32,994 nt of DNA from a virus (lineage: Duplodnaviria > Caudoviricetes): positions 1-32,994 of IMG/VR virus record IMGVR_UViG_3300020045_005549. One strand, given 5' to 3'. Shown here in pieces: positions 24,898 to 32,994 of this stretch. Numbering within the stretch: the stretch's first letter is position 1; each line of letters begins with the position of its first letter. Position numbers and translations under genes: made by a program. The notes beneath the pieces are model-generated. The model was not told the origin of the DNA, made no database searches, and saw nothing but the letters and a program-made list of their open reading frames with translations.

Positions 24898-24922
24898 TAA
24901 AGCCCCGTTATGGGGCTTTTTT
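24898..24922. terminator. bidirectional terminator between early and late arms
   Basis: AAAGCCCC-GTTAT-GGGGCTTTTTTT. Confidence 0.85.
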
Positions 24923-25441
24923 TAATGAGGCCCACTTGCCAAATTCTCGCAATCCCGCATAGGTAAACGGCAGGGTAAGCAGAAGCATCAGTATTCCTTC
25001 GCTTGGCATTGCAGCTGCCAGAGCATAATACAAGGCAGCAAAAAGGCTGATCCACGACTGACCAGGTCTTGTGTATTTTACTACCCTGCTTTCTGCGTTA
25101 TCGCCGTTTCTAATAGTTAACTGGGTTTGCTCGTGGCTGTGCTGATCGTCTTTCTGCTGAGCTTGTTCAGCTTCAGCCTTTATCTTTGCCATGGTTTCAA
25201 TATGCTTTCTGATGCTGTCGTTTTCCTGATTGGCCAACTCCTTTAGTCGAGCAATGGCTTCAGGATTGCTCTGCAACTCCGCAAGAGCCTTAATCGGGTC
25301 ATCTGTACCAGTTGCACCACTAACAAGAGAAACACCAGCAGCTATTGCGCCAGGCACGTTTCCTGTAAGCAATGAGCCAACTAAGGCAGCCCCAGTGCCA
25401 GCATTGTCTTTTATCCAATCACCAACTTTTGACCAGCTCAT
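24908..25441 (-). CDS. holin-like protein (3TM/GTA-holin type)
   Basis: Gly/Ala-rich N-terminal helices, coiled coil, TRP followed by two hydrophobic segments and G.R.FGK. Confidence 0.7.
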   Translation of the reverse strand: MSWSKVGDWIKDNAGTGAALVGSLLTGNVPGAIAAGVSLVSGATGTDDPIKALAELQSNPEAIARLKELANQENDSIRKHIETMAKIKAEAEQAQQKDDQHSHEQTQLTIRNGDNAESRVVKYTRPGQSWISLFAALYYALAAAMPSEGILMLLLTLPFTYAGLREFGKWASLKKAP

Positions 25442-25818
25442 AATATTTTCACCTCAAATTCATCAGGAAGCAGGGATAAAAGCTTATCCATTGTCACACC
25501 TGAATTTGTAACGTCCGGCACTTGGTCGTTGTCTAAAAATGCAATGGAACTGCCAACCAGGATACAGCCTTCAATCTGGCGCGTGTAGTTGCCCCGGTGA
25601 ATTTGGATAAACTGACGTTTGGGTACCGCCTTTAATTCAATCACTGAACCATTTTTCTGTGACTGCCGCTTAAATGCTTTGTAGGTTCCGACCGGGATGC
25701 AGCTAATGCCTGACGCATTATCAAGATCTGGCAGCTCTAAGGTGAAGCATTGAAAGTTGCCAAGTGACAACCGGCCCAACGTACAGTCTTTGTGATACCA
25801 GCGCTTGATAGTGATCAT
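25438..25818 (-). CDS. putative endolysin (DUF5675, L,D-peptidase-like)
   Basis: TLG.L, CFTLELP, CIP.GTY, IQIHRGN, EGCILVG. Confidence 0.8.
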   Translation of the reverse strand: MITIKRWYHKDCTLGRLSLGNFQCFTLELPDLDNASGISCIPVGTYKAFKRQSQKNGSVIELKAVPKRQFIQIHRGNYTRQIEGCILVGSSIAFLDNDQVPDVTNSGVTMDKLLSLLPDEFEVKIL

Positions 25819-26120
25819 TACTTACCGCCGTTTTTAATTTTGTAGTAGATGTTTACAATGATTTGAATCGCGCCACATATACCTAAAACCATGCTGACTA
25901 TGGCGGCGTAATCTGGCAATCCTAACGCTTCAGATGCGGCCTGTGTTGCCGCCTCAGTTGTAGATGTAATCTTTTGAATTGTGTCGTTTGATAGGCCGAG
26001 AATTAAGCCTGTGGGGAATGAAATTAAGCTGCCAGCGGCAAGCCATTTTTGGAATAAATAGTCGCTATGGTTGCTTATCGTGTCCAGCATTAATTGCAGC
26101 ATTTTTCCTGCGCTCATCAT
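25818..26120 (-). CDS. putative holin
   Basis: About 100 aa, two hydrophobic segments, basic C-terminus, directly upstream of the endolysin. Confidence 0.55.
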   Translation of the reverse strand: MMSAGKMLQLMLDTISNHSDYLFQKWLAAGSLISFPTGLILGLSNDTIQKITSTTEAATQAASEALGLPDYAAIVSMVLGICGAIQIIVNIYYKIKNGGK

Positions 26121-26605
26121 TCTTTCTTACCTTTGCTTTTAAAATAAAATAGTGAATGACGATGATTATAGCTGAAATAACTATTGTTAAAAGAGGTGCG
26201 TATTTCACGGATATATAGAGATAAATCATTCCCAACAAATCCACGCCCTCCCTTCAGTAGAAAAATAATGATGATCAGGTCAAGGGCATTAATCGCAAAT
26301 GGCAAAGCCTGATAATAAAACGATTGATATTCGGTTACGTGGAAATCTACAGCTGCCCCGAAGTTTAGTACACCAATGGCAAATAAAACATAACGAATAG
26401 ATGATGAAATCTTTATTTCTGAAGATGCGGCGGCACAATAGAGGACTGAAACTAGGCAATAAATGCCTACAGGGTTGTAATTTGCAAACATGATGATAAA
26501 AACGCTTGTGACGTGCAGGAGTAAAATAAACTCAGAAGCCGGATTTAACCGGCAAACTGAGATAAGCAGAACGAACTTTAAAAAATCCGTCTGCTCATAA
26601 ATCAT
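26117..26605 (-). CDS. multi-pass membrane protein
   Basis: Four to five hydrophobic segments and a basic tail. Confidence 0.75.
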   Translation of the reverse strand: MIYEQTDFLKFVLLISVCRLNPASEFILLLHVTSVFIIMFANYNPVGIYCLVSVLYCAAASSEIKISSSIRYVLFAIGVLNFGAAVDFHVTEYQSFYYQALPFAINALDLIIIIFLLKGGRGFVGNDLSLYIREIRTSFNNSYFSYNHRHSLFYFKSKGKKE

Positions 26606-26694
26606 TCTTTTTCAGGCTCCTTAGGTGGCTGACTATTTTCAACTGGCGGCTTAACCGGTTTTTCTGGCTTATCTGGTTGTGCTGTACCTGTCAT
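26602..26694 (-). CDS. 30-aa Pro/Lys/Glu-rich peptide (MTGTAQPDKPEKPVKPPVENSQPPKEPEKE)
   Basis: AAGGA RBS; ATGA overlap with the membrane protein; not in the ORF track. Confidence 0.7.
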   Translation of the reverse strand: MTGTAQPDKPEKPVKPPVENSQPPKEPEKE

Positions 26695-26713
26695 TTTCAC
26701 TTTCCTTTCGTTG

Positions 26714-27628
26714 TTAAGAAACTCGTTGCCATAATGAAGTCCTTGAGTCTTTTACCCCGGTTCCTGACTGTATAGCGCCCATCAGTCGCCACGTTCCAGT
26801 GAGTGACCCATAAGAATCGTCAGGGTCATTTCTGGTGTTTGCAGGGTAAAGGTTACTACCTGAAGTTGTGCCTCCAGGGGATGGCAGCCCACTTGTTGGT
26901 CGGAACGTTGCCATGATAAAAGAGCCAACATCTTGATACCCGGTCGGCACTTCCTGCAAGTACCTTGCATCTAAATCAGAATTAACACGAACCTGATTTG
27001 AAGCTGATCCAGCCTGTGGGACTCCAAGGTTTGCCGCTGCTGTGGCCGCAGAGCTTGCGCCGGTGCCGCCGTTTTCTATTGCTAAATCAGTGCCTGACCA
27101 GTTGCTGTTGTTTACGCTGCTAAGCGTTGCAAGCGAGCCAAGGGCCAAATAGGTGCGGAATGCAGCCGCATCAGCAGAAGCCAGAGCCGTGCGGGTGAAT
27201 GTTGTTGTCTTACCGTTGAACGCTGCATCAAACAAGGCCTGAAAGTTTCCGCTGTCAGTAATCCTGACCCACGCGCCTAAGTTGGTTGAAGGCCTGGTGT
27301 TCGTGTTGGTTGTTGTGCTGCGGTACAGATCGCCGTTGTCTGTAGCATGTGAGCCATTAAAATACTCTTGCTGTGCATTCCACTCAGCTACGCCCATTTG
27401 ATGAAGGTAGACCAGAAGCTGGCTAAGCGTGTAAAAAGCTGCGTTAAAGTCCTGAATGCTTGGCCGGTCAGAAGCTCCAACCAATCCCCAGCCACGCAAG
27501 AATTCAGCTGTCTGCTGCGCGGTAAGCTCATTGCTCTGCGTCTCTTGCCCGAAAATAGTCCGTTCCAGGCCTTGCGCATTTGAAGCGAAGGCTGCTAAGT
27601 TTCCGTTAAATCTGGTTACTTTTGACAT
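26714..27628 (-). CDS. tail fibre protein
   Basis: FLRGW, QDFNA..Y....[11 protein letters not shown] baseplate-binding N-terminus; GGTGASSA repeat; GTWRLMG C-terminus. Confidence 0.82.
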   Translation of the reverse strand: MSKVTRFNGNLAAFASNAQGLERTIFGQETQSNELTAQQTAEFLRGWGLVGASDRPSIQDFNAAFYTLSQLLVYLHQMGVAEWNAQQEYFNGSHATDNGDLYRSTTTNTNTRPSTNLGAWVRITDSGNFQALFDAAFNGKTTTFTRTALASADAAAFRTYLALGSLATLSSVNNSNWSGTDLAIENGGTGASSAATAAANLGVPQAGSASNQVRVNSDLDARYLQEVPTGYQDVGSFIMATFRPTSGLPSPGGTTSGSNLYPANTRNDPDDSYGSLTGTWRLMGAIQSGTGVKDSRTSLWQRVS

Positions 27629-27725
27629 TTTAGATCCAGTTTAATTTAATCTTATGTTAACCAATAAGAATTTCTGTCGCGCTAATCAGTAAATATATAG
27701 TTTGCCGATTAGCGCGCCTATGGAT

Positions 27726-29816
27726 TCACAGTGTACCTTGCCTATTCAATATCCACACTGATCCGGTAAATAAAAATTCAGCCCATGTACCAACAGTTAT
27801 TACTTTTCCTGTAGCACCATTTGTTAAAGTTCCACCAGTTGCGTTAGCTGTTCGGGTTATATTAAAAATATCTCCAGCCTGAGCGCCGCTAATACCTGTG
27901 GTAACAGACCTGTTTGCCGTCAACTCAGTGTCATATACTTGGTTTTGCGCGTTAACGCCTACATAAAGCGTTACTGACTCATCACCAACAAATTCACAAC
28001 CTGTACGTGGCATAGGGTTAAGTATTAACCACAAGGATCCGTCAAATCGAGCGAAATAAACTGTTCCTGCTCGCAATGGAACGGTTCTATCTGCGTGCTG
28101 GTGCCTTATATTTCCTGAAGTATTTCCACTGACAAAGACCCCGTTGCCTCTTGCAATTAAACGCAAAAACTGACCAACAACACCACTGGTTAGTTCTGAC
28201 AGCGTTCCGCTGTATCCGGCTGCAATTTCTAAGGTTTCCACACCTAAAACATCGATAGAAGATGCCGATCCTGTATAGTTTAAATATCTATAATTTGGAA
28301 GTTGAGTTGCTGGAAAATTATCACATGGCAATCTGCCACGACATAAAATCATTCTGTCGATATAGATTATAGAACCAGCCGTACTAGCGCTACTGCAATA
28401 CACTACGGCTCTCAAGTATGCTGCCCCAGCAGGAACCAGAATCGATATAAAACGCCAGTGCCAGCCGCCCTTACCTGAATTGCCAGACGTGTTGTTTGTT
28501 GTGTCTGTGTTAGTCAGCAGGCCGATACGACCACTATTCAAATCTGTATTTGTACTGGGGATAAACATTCGCACAGCCAATGTGACCACAGATCCAGCTA
28601 GGTTTGTATAATTTGGAACCTCAAACCTAGCTGTTGTTAAAGATCCTTGCGACACAGAGGTTAGTTTAAGCGAATATTCTCCTGTTTCTTTTATTGTAAA
28701 TTCTTTTGATGGTGTAGCGCCTGAGGTGGTTAAACCTATAGGCCCAGAAGATCCATATTCTAAAAAATCTCCGTTATACAGTAAGTTATCTGCACCATTA
28801 TCAATAAAATCACGCATAGCCTTATGCGATGAAGGGGAAAAGAAATAATAAATTTTATCTAAAAATATGGTCTGACCGTCAAAGTTGGGGTGTATGTTAT
28901 CGTTATATAGATCAGCTGGCTTTCCAAGCCTGATAAACTCAGAATAAACGTTAGCCAAATCAGCGCTGCAAATTCCAGCAGCATCGACTATTGCCCTGTA
29001 GACTGGTTCATAATTGTTGTTGTCCCTTTGCGGGTTTTGAGCGACAAATATCAGGCCAAAACCAGGATAAAGACGAGTCAGCATGGCCGGAAGCTCCAAC
29101 AACTGAGGGGCCCGTCTGCGCAATGTGTCTGTATCGTTCGACTGAGTTATTAGGTTATGGCCATGATTTATAATTAACAAATCTAAAACTGATATGTTTG
29201 CGATCATGGTCGCAAAGCGTGAGCCGTAAAAATAATCTGGTCGTGAACCTGATACGGCTGCGTTGTATATATCTACAACTATCGCACCAGATCCAAAAAC
29301 AACAGGTGGTAGGTATACATCGTTGGCAACGTCCCACAGCCTATAGTTTACTGTTAATGCAGAATTGTTAGCCGCTAATTTTTGAGCCAGCCTGTATACC
29401 CACTCTGATGGCTCGTTTCCTGTTGAGTCACTGACCACCAAAATTGTGCCGCCAAAACCTGACGCTATTTTCGACATTAGTCGTCCGGTAGCGTATGTAT
29501 TCGTGTTTTCTGCTCTGTTTACTATTGAGGCCAGCCCCAATCCGTCAACATTTGGATTTCCTAGCACTGTCCCGAAATTGACATTGGATGCCCCTTGATC
29601 TGACTGCAGATCAGATCTAAGAACTGCAGCAGCATTGGCCGCATTATCAATTTCAACAGACTTAGACGCTAAAAACTTTCTGATAGTTGGCAGCGGGCCG
29701 GATATAGGTTCCGGGGTGACATTGCGATCTGGGCCATTTGCCCAGTCTGAAGCTATAGAGCTGGCATTTTCTGCCATGTTTGCCGCTTGTTCTAATCTTT
29801 CTTCAGGTGTTGCCAT
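27726..29816 (-). CDS. tailspike with SGNH/GDSL esterase domain and carbohydrate-binding-like module
   Basis: Blocks VSDSTG, NAAVSG, NHGHN, DNIHPN; NLLYNGDF jelly-roll start; tailspike-type N-terminus. Confidence 0.78.
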   Translation of the reverse strand: MATPEERLEQAANMAENASSIASDWANGPDRNVTPEPISGPLPTIRKFLASKSVEIDNAANAAAVLRSDLQSDQGASNVNFGTVLGNPNVDGLGLASIVNRAENTNTYATGRLMSKIASGFGGTILVVSDSTGNEPSEWVYRLAQKLAANNSALTVNYRLWDVANDVYLPPVVFGSGAIVVDIYNAAVSGSRPDYFYGSRFATMIANISVLDLLIINHGHNLITQSNDTDTLRRRAPQLLELPAMLTRLYPGFGLIFVAQNPQRDNNNYEPVYRAIVDAAGICSADLANVYSEFIRLGKPADLYNDNIHPNFDGQTIFLDKIYYFFSPSSHKAMRDFIDNGADNLLYNGDFLEYGSSGPIGLTTSGATPSKEFTIKETGEYSLKLTSVSQGSLTTARFEVPNYTNLAGSVVTLAVRMFIPSTNTDLNSGRIGLLTNTDTTNNTSGNSGKGGWHWRFISILVPAGAAYLRAVVYCSSASTAGSIIYIDRMILCRGRLPCDNFPATQLPNYRYLNYTGSASSIDVLGVETLEIAAGYSGTLSELTSGVVGQFLRLIARGNGVFVSGNTSGNIRHQHADRTVPLRAGTVYFARFDGSLWLILNPMPRTGCEFVGDESVTLYVGVNAQNQVYDTELTANRSVTTGISGAQAGDIFNITRTANATGGTLTNGATGKVITVGTWAEFLFTGSVWILNRQGTL

Positions 29817-30502
29817 CAGTTAAAGTTCTCCGGTACTGTATAATTCATAGTTTTAAACCAGCGTGACGCTGAAAAGTAAACTGGTGGAACATATTCAATA
29901 TCGACACCAGTCGGCGTTGGTATTAAGTCTAGCTTCCGAAGTAAGTTTATTCTGTCCTCTGGAATTGTTCCACCATAAGCAATAAATATGGTCATATCTT
30001 TATTATCGATGGCTAGAGCTTGACCATCAAAAACCTGCAAAACTACATCTTGAATACTTACTAATTCAGGATGGCTGATAAATGGTGAAGATGCGTTTTT
30101 AAGTATTTTGGCTCGTATAAAAAACTTATAATCTGGATCGTCTAACTCCAAGCTTGTGAACTGCTGACCAAACTTGTCACGCATTGGAGCAGTCGGCCTG
30201 TTGCTGTTAAATTTATCAGCAAAACCTGCAGCATTTGTATTGCTTTCAAATCCAAAAAACACGTTTGAAATAACATCAGGCACGAGGCGCGGAAAGTCTA
30301 CGATTTTACCAATCGTGTCAAGATGCTTGCCGAATGCGCTATCTAAGTCAAACTGCTGATTGAACTGGTAGAGCAGCTTGTAGCATTTGTACCAGCTTCG
30401 AGCATATAGCTCAATCTCAGCCTTTGCCTTTGGCTTTTCCCAATACTGTTTGATCAGGAGTATTGAATATTGATCAATAAATTCCTGTTCAGTCAGCATC
30501 AT
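29816..30502 (-). CDS. baseplate protein (DUF2612)
   Basis: LLIKQY..KPKA, FDLDSA.G..LD.IG.IV, FFGF, LDD..Y...I.AKI..N. Confidence 0.85.
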   Translation of the reverse strand: MMLTEQEFIDQYSILLIKQYWEKPKAKAEIELYARSWYKCYKLLYQFNQQFDLDSAFGKHLDTIGKIVDFPRLVPDVISNVFFGFESNTNAAGFADKFNSNRPTAPMRDKFGQQFTSLELDDPDYKFFIRAKILKNASSPFISHPELVSIQDVVLQVFDGQALAIDNKDMTIFIAYGGTIPEDRINLLRKLDLIPTPTGVDIEYVPPVYFSASRWFKTMNYTVPENFN

Positions 30503-31683
30503 GGGGCTACCTCATTTGCTGCTATGTCGGCAACAGAAACAGTAAACTTACCCGCTGCACCTGGCGATAAAAACTCATTTGTCCATGCGGATCCGTTTAG
30601 GCTTATTTCTAAGTCAGTCACAAAATAATTATTACCAGCACTTCTGGCAGTTGCGTACAAATCAGAGGCTTTCTGATTCTGGCCTATGCTGTAGTCCAGA
30701 GCTGCAAGGTTCTGCTTTATCAGGTCAACATCTATTGGCTCATCAACATCAATTCTGGTGTAATTAAACCGGATATACAGCCGAACAGGTGTCGGCCTGT
30801 CGTATTGCATAACGTGTACATAAGTTGTTGTTCCTCCGTTTGGAAGCGGTATTGTTTCGGTGTATGTTCCGCTTTGGCTGCCTTTGGTATCACAGCCTGC
30901 ACTGCGCTGAGTGACTAAATTAAAAACTATATCAGCAGTCGTTCCGCCTTCGACAATAGCCCACACTGAATGAGCATTCAGGTCCAGAACAGCATCGTCA
31001 ACGCTGGTTTTGTTTTCGTATACCCGAACATCAGTAACGCCAGGTATATTCCACAGCGCTGCAATCATGCCACCAATAACAGAAAAACTTGGCTTGGCCA
31101 CGCTGCGGCGTCTGCGGTTTCTGAACTCTGACTCAGTTTCTTCTGCCGTACCAACTAAAGCATTTGATTCAGCTTCAAAGCTGACAACACCAAGCGCAAC
31201 GGTTTGCTGTGTGAATGTAGCGCCAATCAGGCCGGACACGGGGCCGAACAGTTCAGATATGAATGTTACGTTTGATTCGCCAGCCGGAACCGTTACAGGT
31301 GATACTATGAGCCAGTTTTGCCCTAAGTCGTCCTGTATTGTGTAATTAGCCTGCAAAGATACTGAACGGCTTGTGGTTATCTTTAAATCCCACTGCGAGC
31401 GGGTGGCCGGACGAACTCCGTTGATACCTGCAATCTTTGCAATTTTTGTGATCTGCGTACCGGTTGCAAAGTCTGGGTCAAAGCCGTTAGCGACTGACAA
31501 AGCGAACTGCTGCATGTCTTGCCGTGCTTTAGCTTCAATCTGGATGCGCTGGCCGTCAGGTGAGTCTTGGCTAAGGTCAATGTCTTGGCCATAAATGGCG
31601 CGATAACCTGCGGCTAGTTCGTCGTATATTTCCTGAAAGGTCTGGATCACAACCCCAGCGGCGGTAAATTCTGGCGCACTCAT
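30499..31683 (-). CDS. baseplate J/gp47-like wedge protein
   Basis: SPDGQ, DPDFATG, G..EETESEFR.RR, GVTDV.VYEN, IVEGG. Confidence 0.9.
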   Translation of the reverse strand: MSAPEFTAAGVVIQTFQEIYDELAAGYRAIYGQDIDLSQDSPDGQRIQIEAKARQDMQQFALSVANGFDPDFATGTQITKIAKIAGINGVRPATRSQWDLKITTSRSVSLQANYTIQDDLGQNWLIVSPVTVPAGESNVTFISELFGPVSGLIGATFTQQTVALGVVSFEAESNALVGTAEETESEFRNRRRRSVAKPSFSVIGGMIAALWNIPGVTDVRVYENKTSVDDAVLDLNAHSVWAIVEGGTTADIVFNLVTQRSAGCDTKGSQSGTYTETIPLPNGGTTTYVHVMQYDRPTPVRLYIRFNYTRIDVDEPIDVDLIKQNLAALDYSIGQNQKASDLYATARSAGNNYFVTDLEISLNGSAWTNEFLSPGAAGKFTVSVADIAANEVAP

Positions 31684-32039
31684 AAGGCAATACCTAAATT
31701 CAATTCGTTGTCCTCGCTGAATATGTCAGAGTAATTCATCTCTATTGTAGCCGTTCTGGTAGAGACTGACACATCAATCGTTAGCGTGTTTATTTTCAGC
31801 ACTCCGTCAGTGGATAGGGTCACGCGCTCAATTTCACGCTTGATCAGGTCTTTTGTGCTTCTGGCACCTAAAAGAGTCACCCAATCAATATTTGCATCAG
31901 TATTCAAGAAGTCGTCACGCTTAAAGCTTTTCAGCCTGGTACTGACGTTTTGCCGGATGGCTTCAGCATCTTTCACATAAGAAGCAAGGCCGCGCCCAAA
32001 GCGCCAATCGTTGCTTTTGTCCAAACCTGATACACGCAT
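31680..32039 (-). CDS. baseplate wedge protein (gpW/gp25-like)
   Basis: DW.FG.G, AI.QNV.TRL, I.......GV..I; synteny. Confidence 0.8.
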   Translation of the reverse strand: MRVSGLDKSNDWRFGRGLASYVKDAEAIRQNVSTRLKSFKRDDFLNTDANIDWVTLLGARSTKDLIKREIERVTLSTDGVLKINTLTIDVSVSTRTATIEMNYSDIFSEDNELNLGIAL

Positions 32040-32710
32040 TATGCCACTCCTCCGGTATTGCTTCCGCCTGATGTTACGCCACTATGCTGATGCGTATCAA
32101 ATGCCTTTCCGCCTATTGTGGCACCAGTTGAAGCAGTCAGGGTCTGAGTGTTTATAGTCGGAACTGTTAAAGTCCCCGTGCAAGTTATATCACCGTTAAC
32201 GGTTAAGTTCCCGTTGATAGTCATGTTTCCAGTAAGTTCAAAATCTCCGGTTTGCTCTGTGTTGCCGGTATGCTCTAAATCTCCCTCATGCAGCATGTTG
32301 CCAACCCGGTGAATTCTGTCGATTATCTCAACAGCTTGGTTTAGGTTTCTAAGCCCACACAAAGCAATACTGTCTGAATAGTCGTGCATCCTGGCTTCAG
32401 GTGGTTCAGCAAAGTCAGTGCCATCAGCCCACCTGTCAAAGCAGCGCTCTTGAATTATCAGCAGGCAATAGTCACCAACTGAAACGGGCCATGTTTCATA
32501 TGATGATCCACCGCCAAACCAGAACGCCATCACATCAGGGAATACAGTTAAAGGCTCCGGCTTTCCGTCAACTATGCGCGGGATCACCGGCTCAACATCA
32601 ACCAGATTTCCATTTACTGCCGATATTTTACCAATCGTGCATGTGTGCAAGTTTGCTTGCAAAAATAAGGTTGCGTCATCAATTATCTTGGCCAGCTCTC
32701 TGTATTGCAT
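32039..32710 (-). CDS. baseplate spike/puncturing protein (Gp138-like)
   Basis: V.VGD.CL....ERC.D.W, RMHDYSD, beta-helix repeats, C-terminal HQH; start ATG 32710 (TAATG overlap). Confidence 0.88.
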   Translation of the reverse strand: MQYRELAKIIDDATLFLQANLHTCTIGKISAVNGNLVDVEPVIPRIVDGKPEPLTVFPDVMAFWFGGGSSYETWPVSVGDYCLLIIQERCFDRWADGTDFAEPPEARMHDYSDSIALCGLRNLNQAVEIIDRIHRVGNMLHEGDLEHTGNTEQTGDFELTGNMTINGNLTVNGDITCTGTLTVPTINTQTLTASTGATIGGKAFDTHQHSGVTSGGSNTGGVA

Positions 32711-32994
32711 TAAATCACCCTGAAGTCGGTTGCCAGAACACCTGTACATTTCATTGTCCAGTCTGGGCCTTGTGAGTCTCCAGTATATTGCACGGTCAGC
32801 AGCTTATAAAGCCCGTTTAGGTATGGCGCTGTTGTGCTTTGTAGGCTGGCCAAGTGCGACACCTTCAGCGCTGGATTCATTACAGTGTCAAACGTCACAA
32901 GCTTTTTGTCGATAACTGGCGTATTTAGCAGGCCAGTTTGAGCCGTAACAACAGGGGCGAACTCTGCAACAACTTCATTTTGCTTGATAATAAA
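32710..32994 (-). CDS. baseplate hub protein, C-terminal part
   Basis: Frame open to the window edge: TGLLNTP...MNP.LK...L.S......NG.YK.....Y.GD....W. Confidence 0.75.
   Translation of the reverse strand, partial: FIIKQNEVVAEFAPVVTAQTGLLNTPVIDKKLVTFDTVMNPALKVSHLASLQSTTAPYLNGLYKLLTVQYTGDSQGPDWTMKCTGVLATDFRVI

Noticed and set aside
1141-32915. Numerous tracked ORFs antisense to or nested in called genes
   Set aside because: Shadow frames of well-supported genes, lacking RBS and recognisable motifs.

Overview
This is about 33 kb of a contractile-tailed dsDNA phage genome of a Gram-negative host, probably a gammaproteobacterium (inferred from DnaB, RecE/RecT, PapB-like and N15-Cro-like genes). 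It looks circularly permuted. The minus strand carries a late block (RusA, terS, HNH, terL, portal, gpF-like minor head, DUF2213 protease, decoration protein, DUF2184 capsid, head-tail genes) and, at the right end, baseplate, SGNH tailspike, tail fibre and lysis genes. The plus strand carries replication (HTH, YdaU-type initiator with iterons, DnaB, MTase) and recombination/early genes (RecE, RecT, DUF1351, PapB-like, Dam-like MTase). No integrase or CI repressor is visible. The most striking feature is an ORF-poor segment of about 770 nt inside the head module (about 5965 to 5192, minus). It has its own sigma70 promoter and terminator, many nested helices with GNRA loops, a repeated AAUGAG(G) motif and an embedded tRNA-shaped domain with a non-canonical anticodon loop, so it is a candidate large structured phage ncRNA. 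Other notable items are a C4-like cloverleaf RNA upstream of the HNH gene, a shared operator-like box in four promoters, an unannotated Pro-rich peptide plus membrane protein before the lysis genes, and two chimeric-looking junctions in the first 1 kb. Family names come from recognised motifs and synteny, not from database searches.
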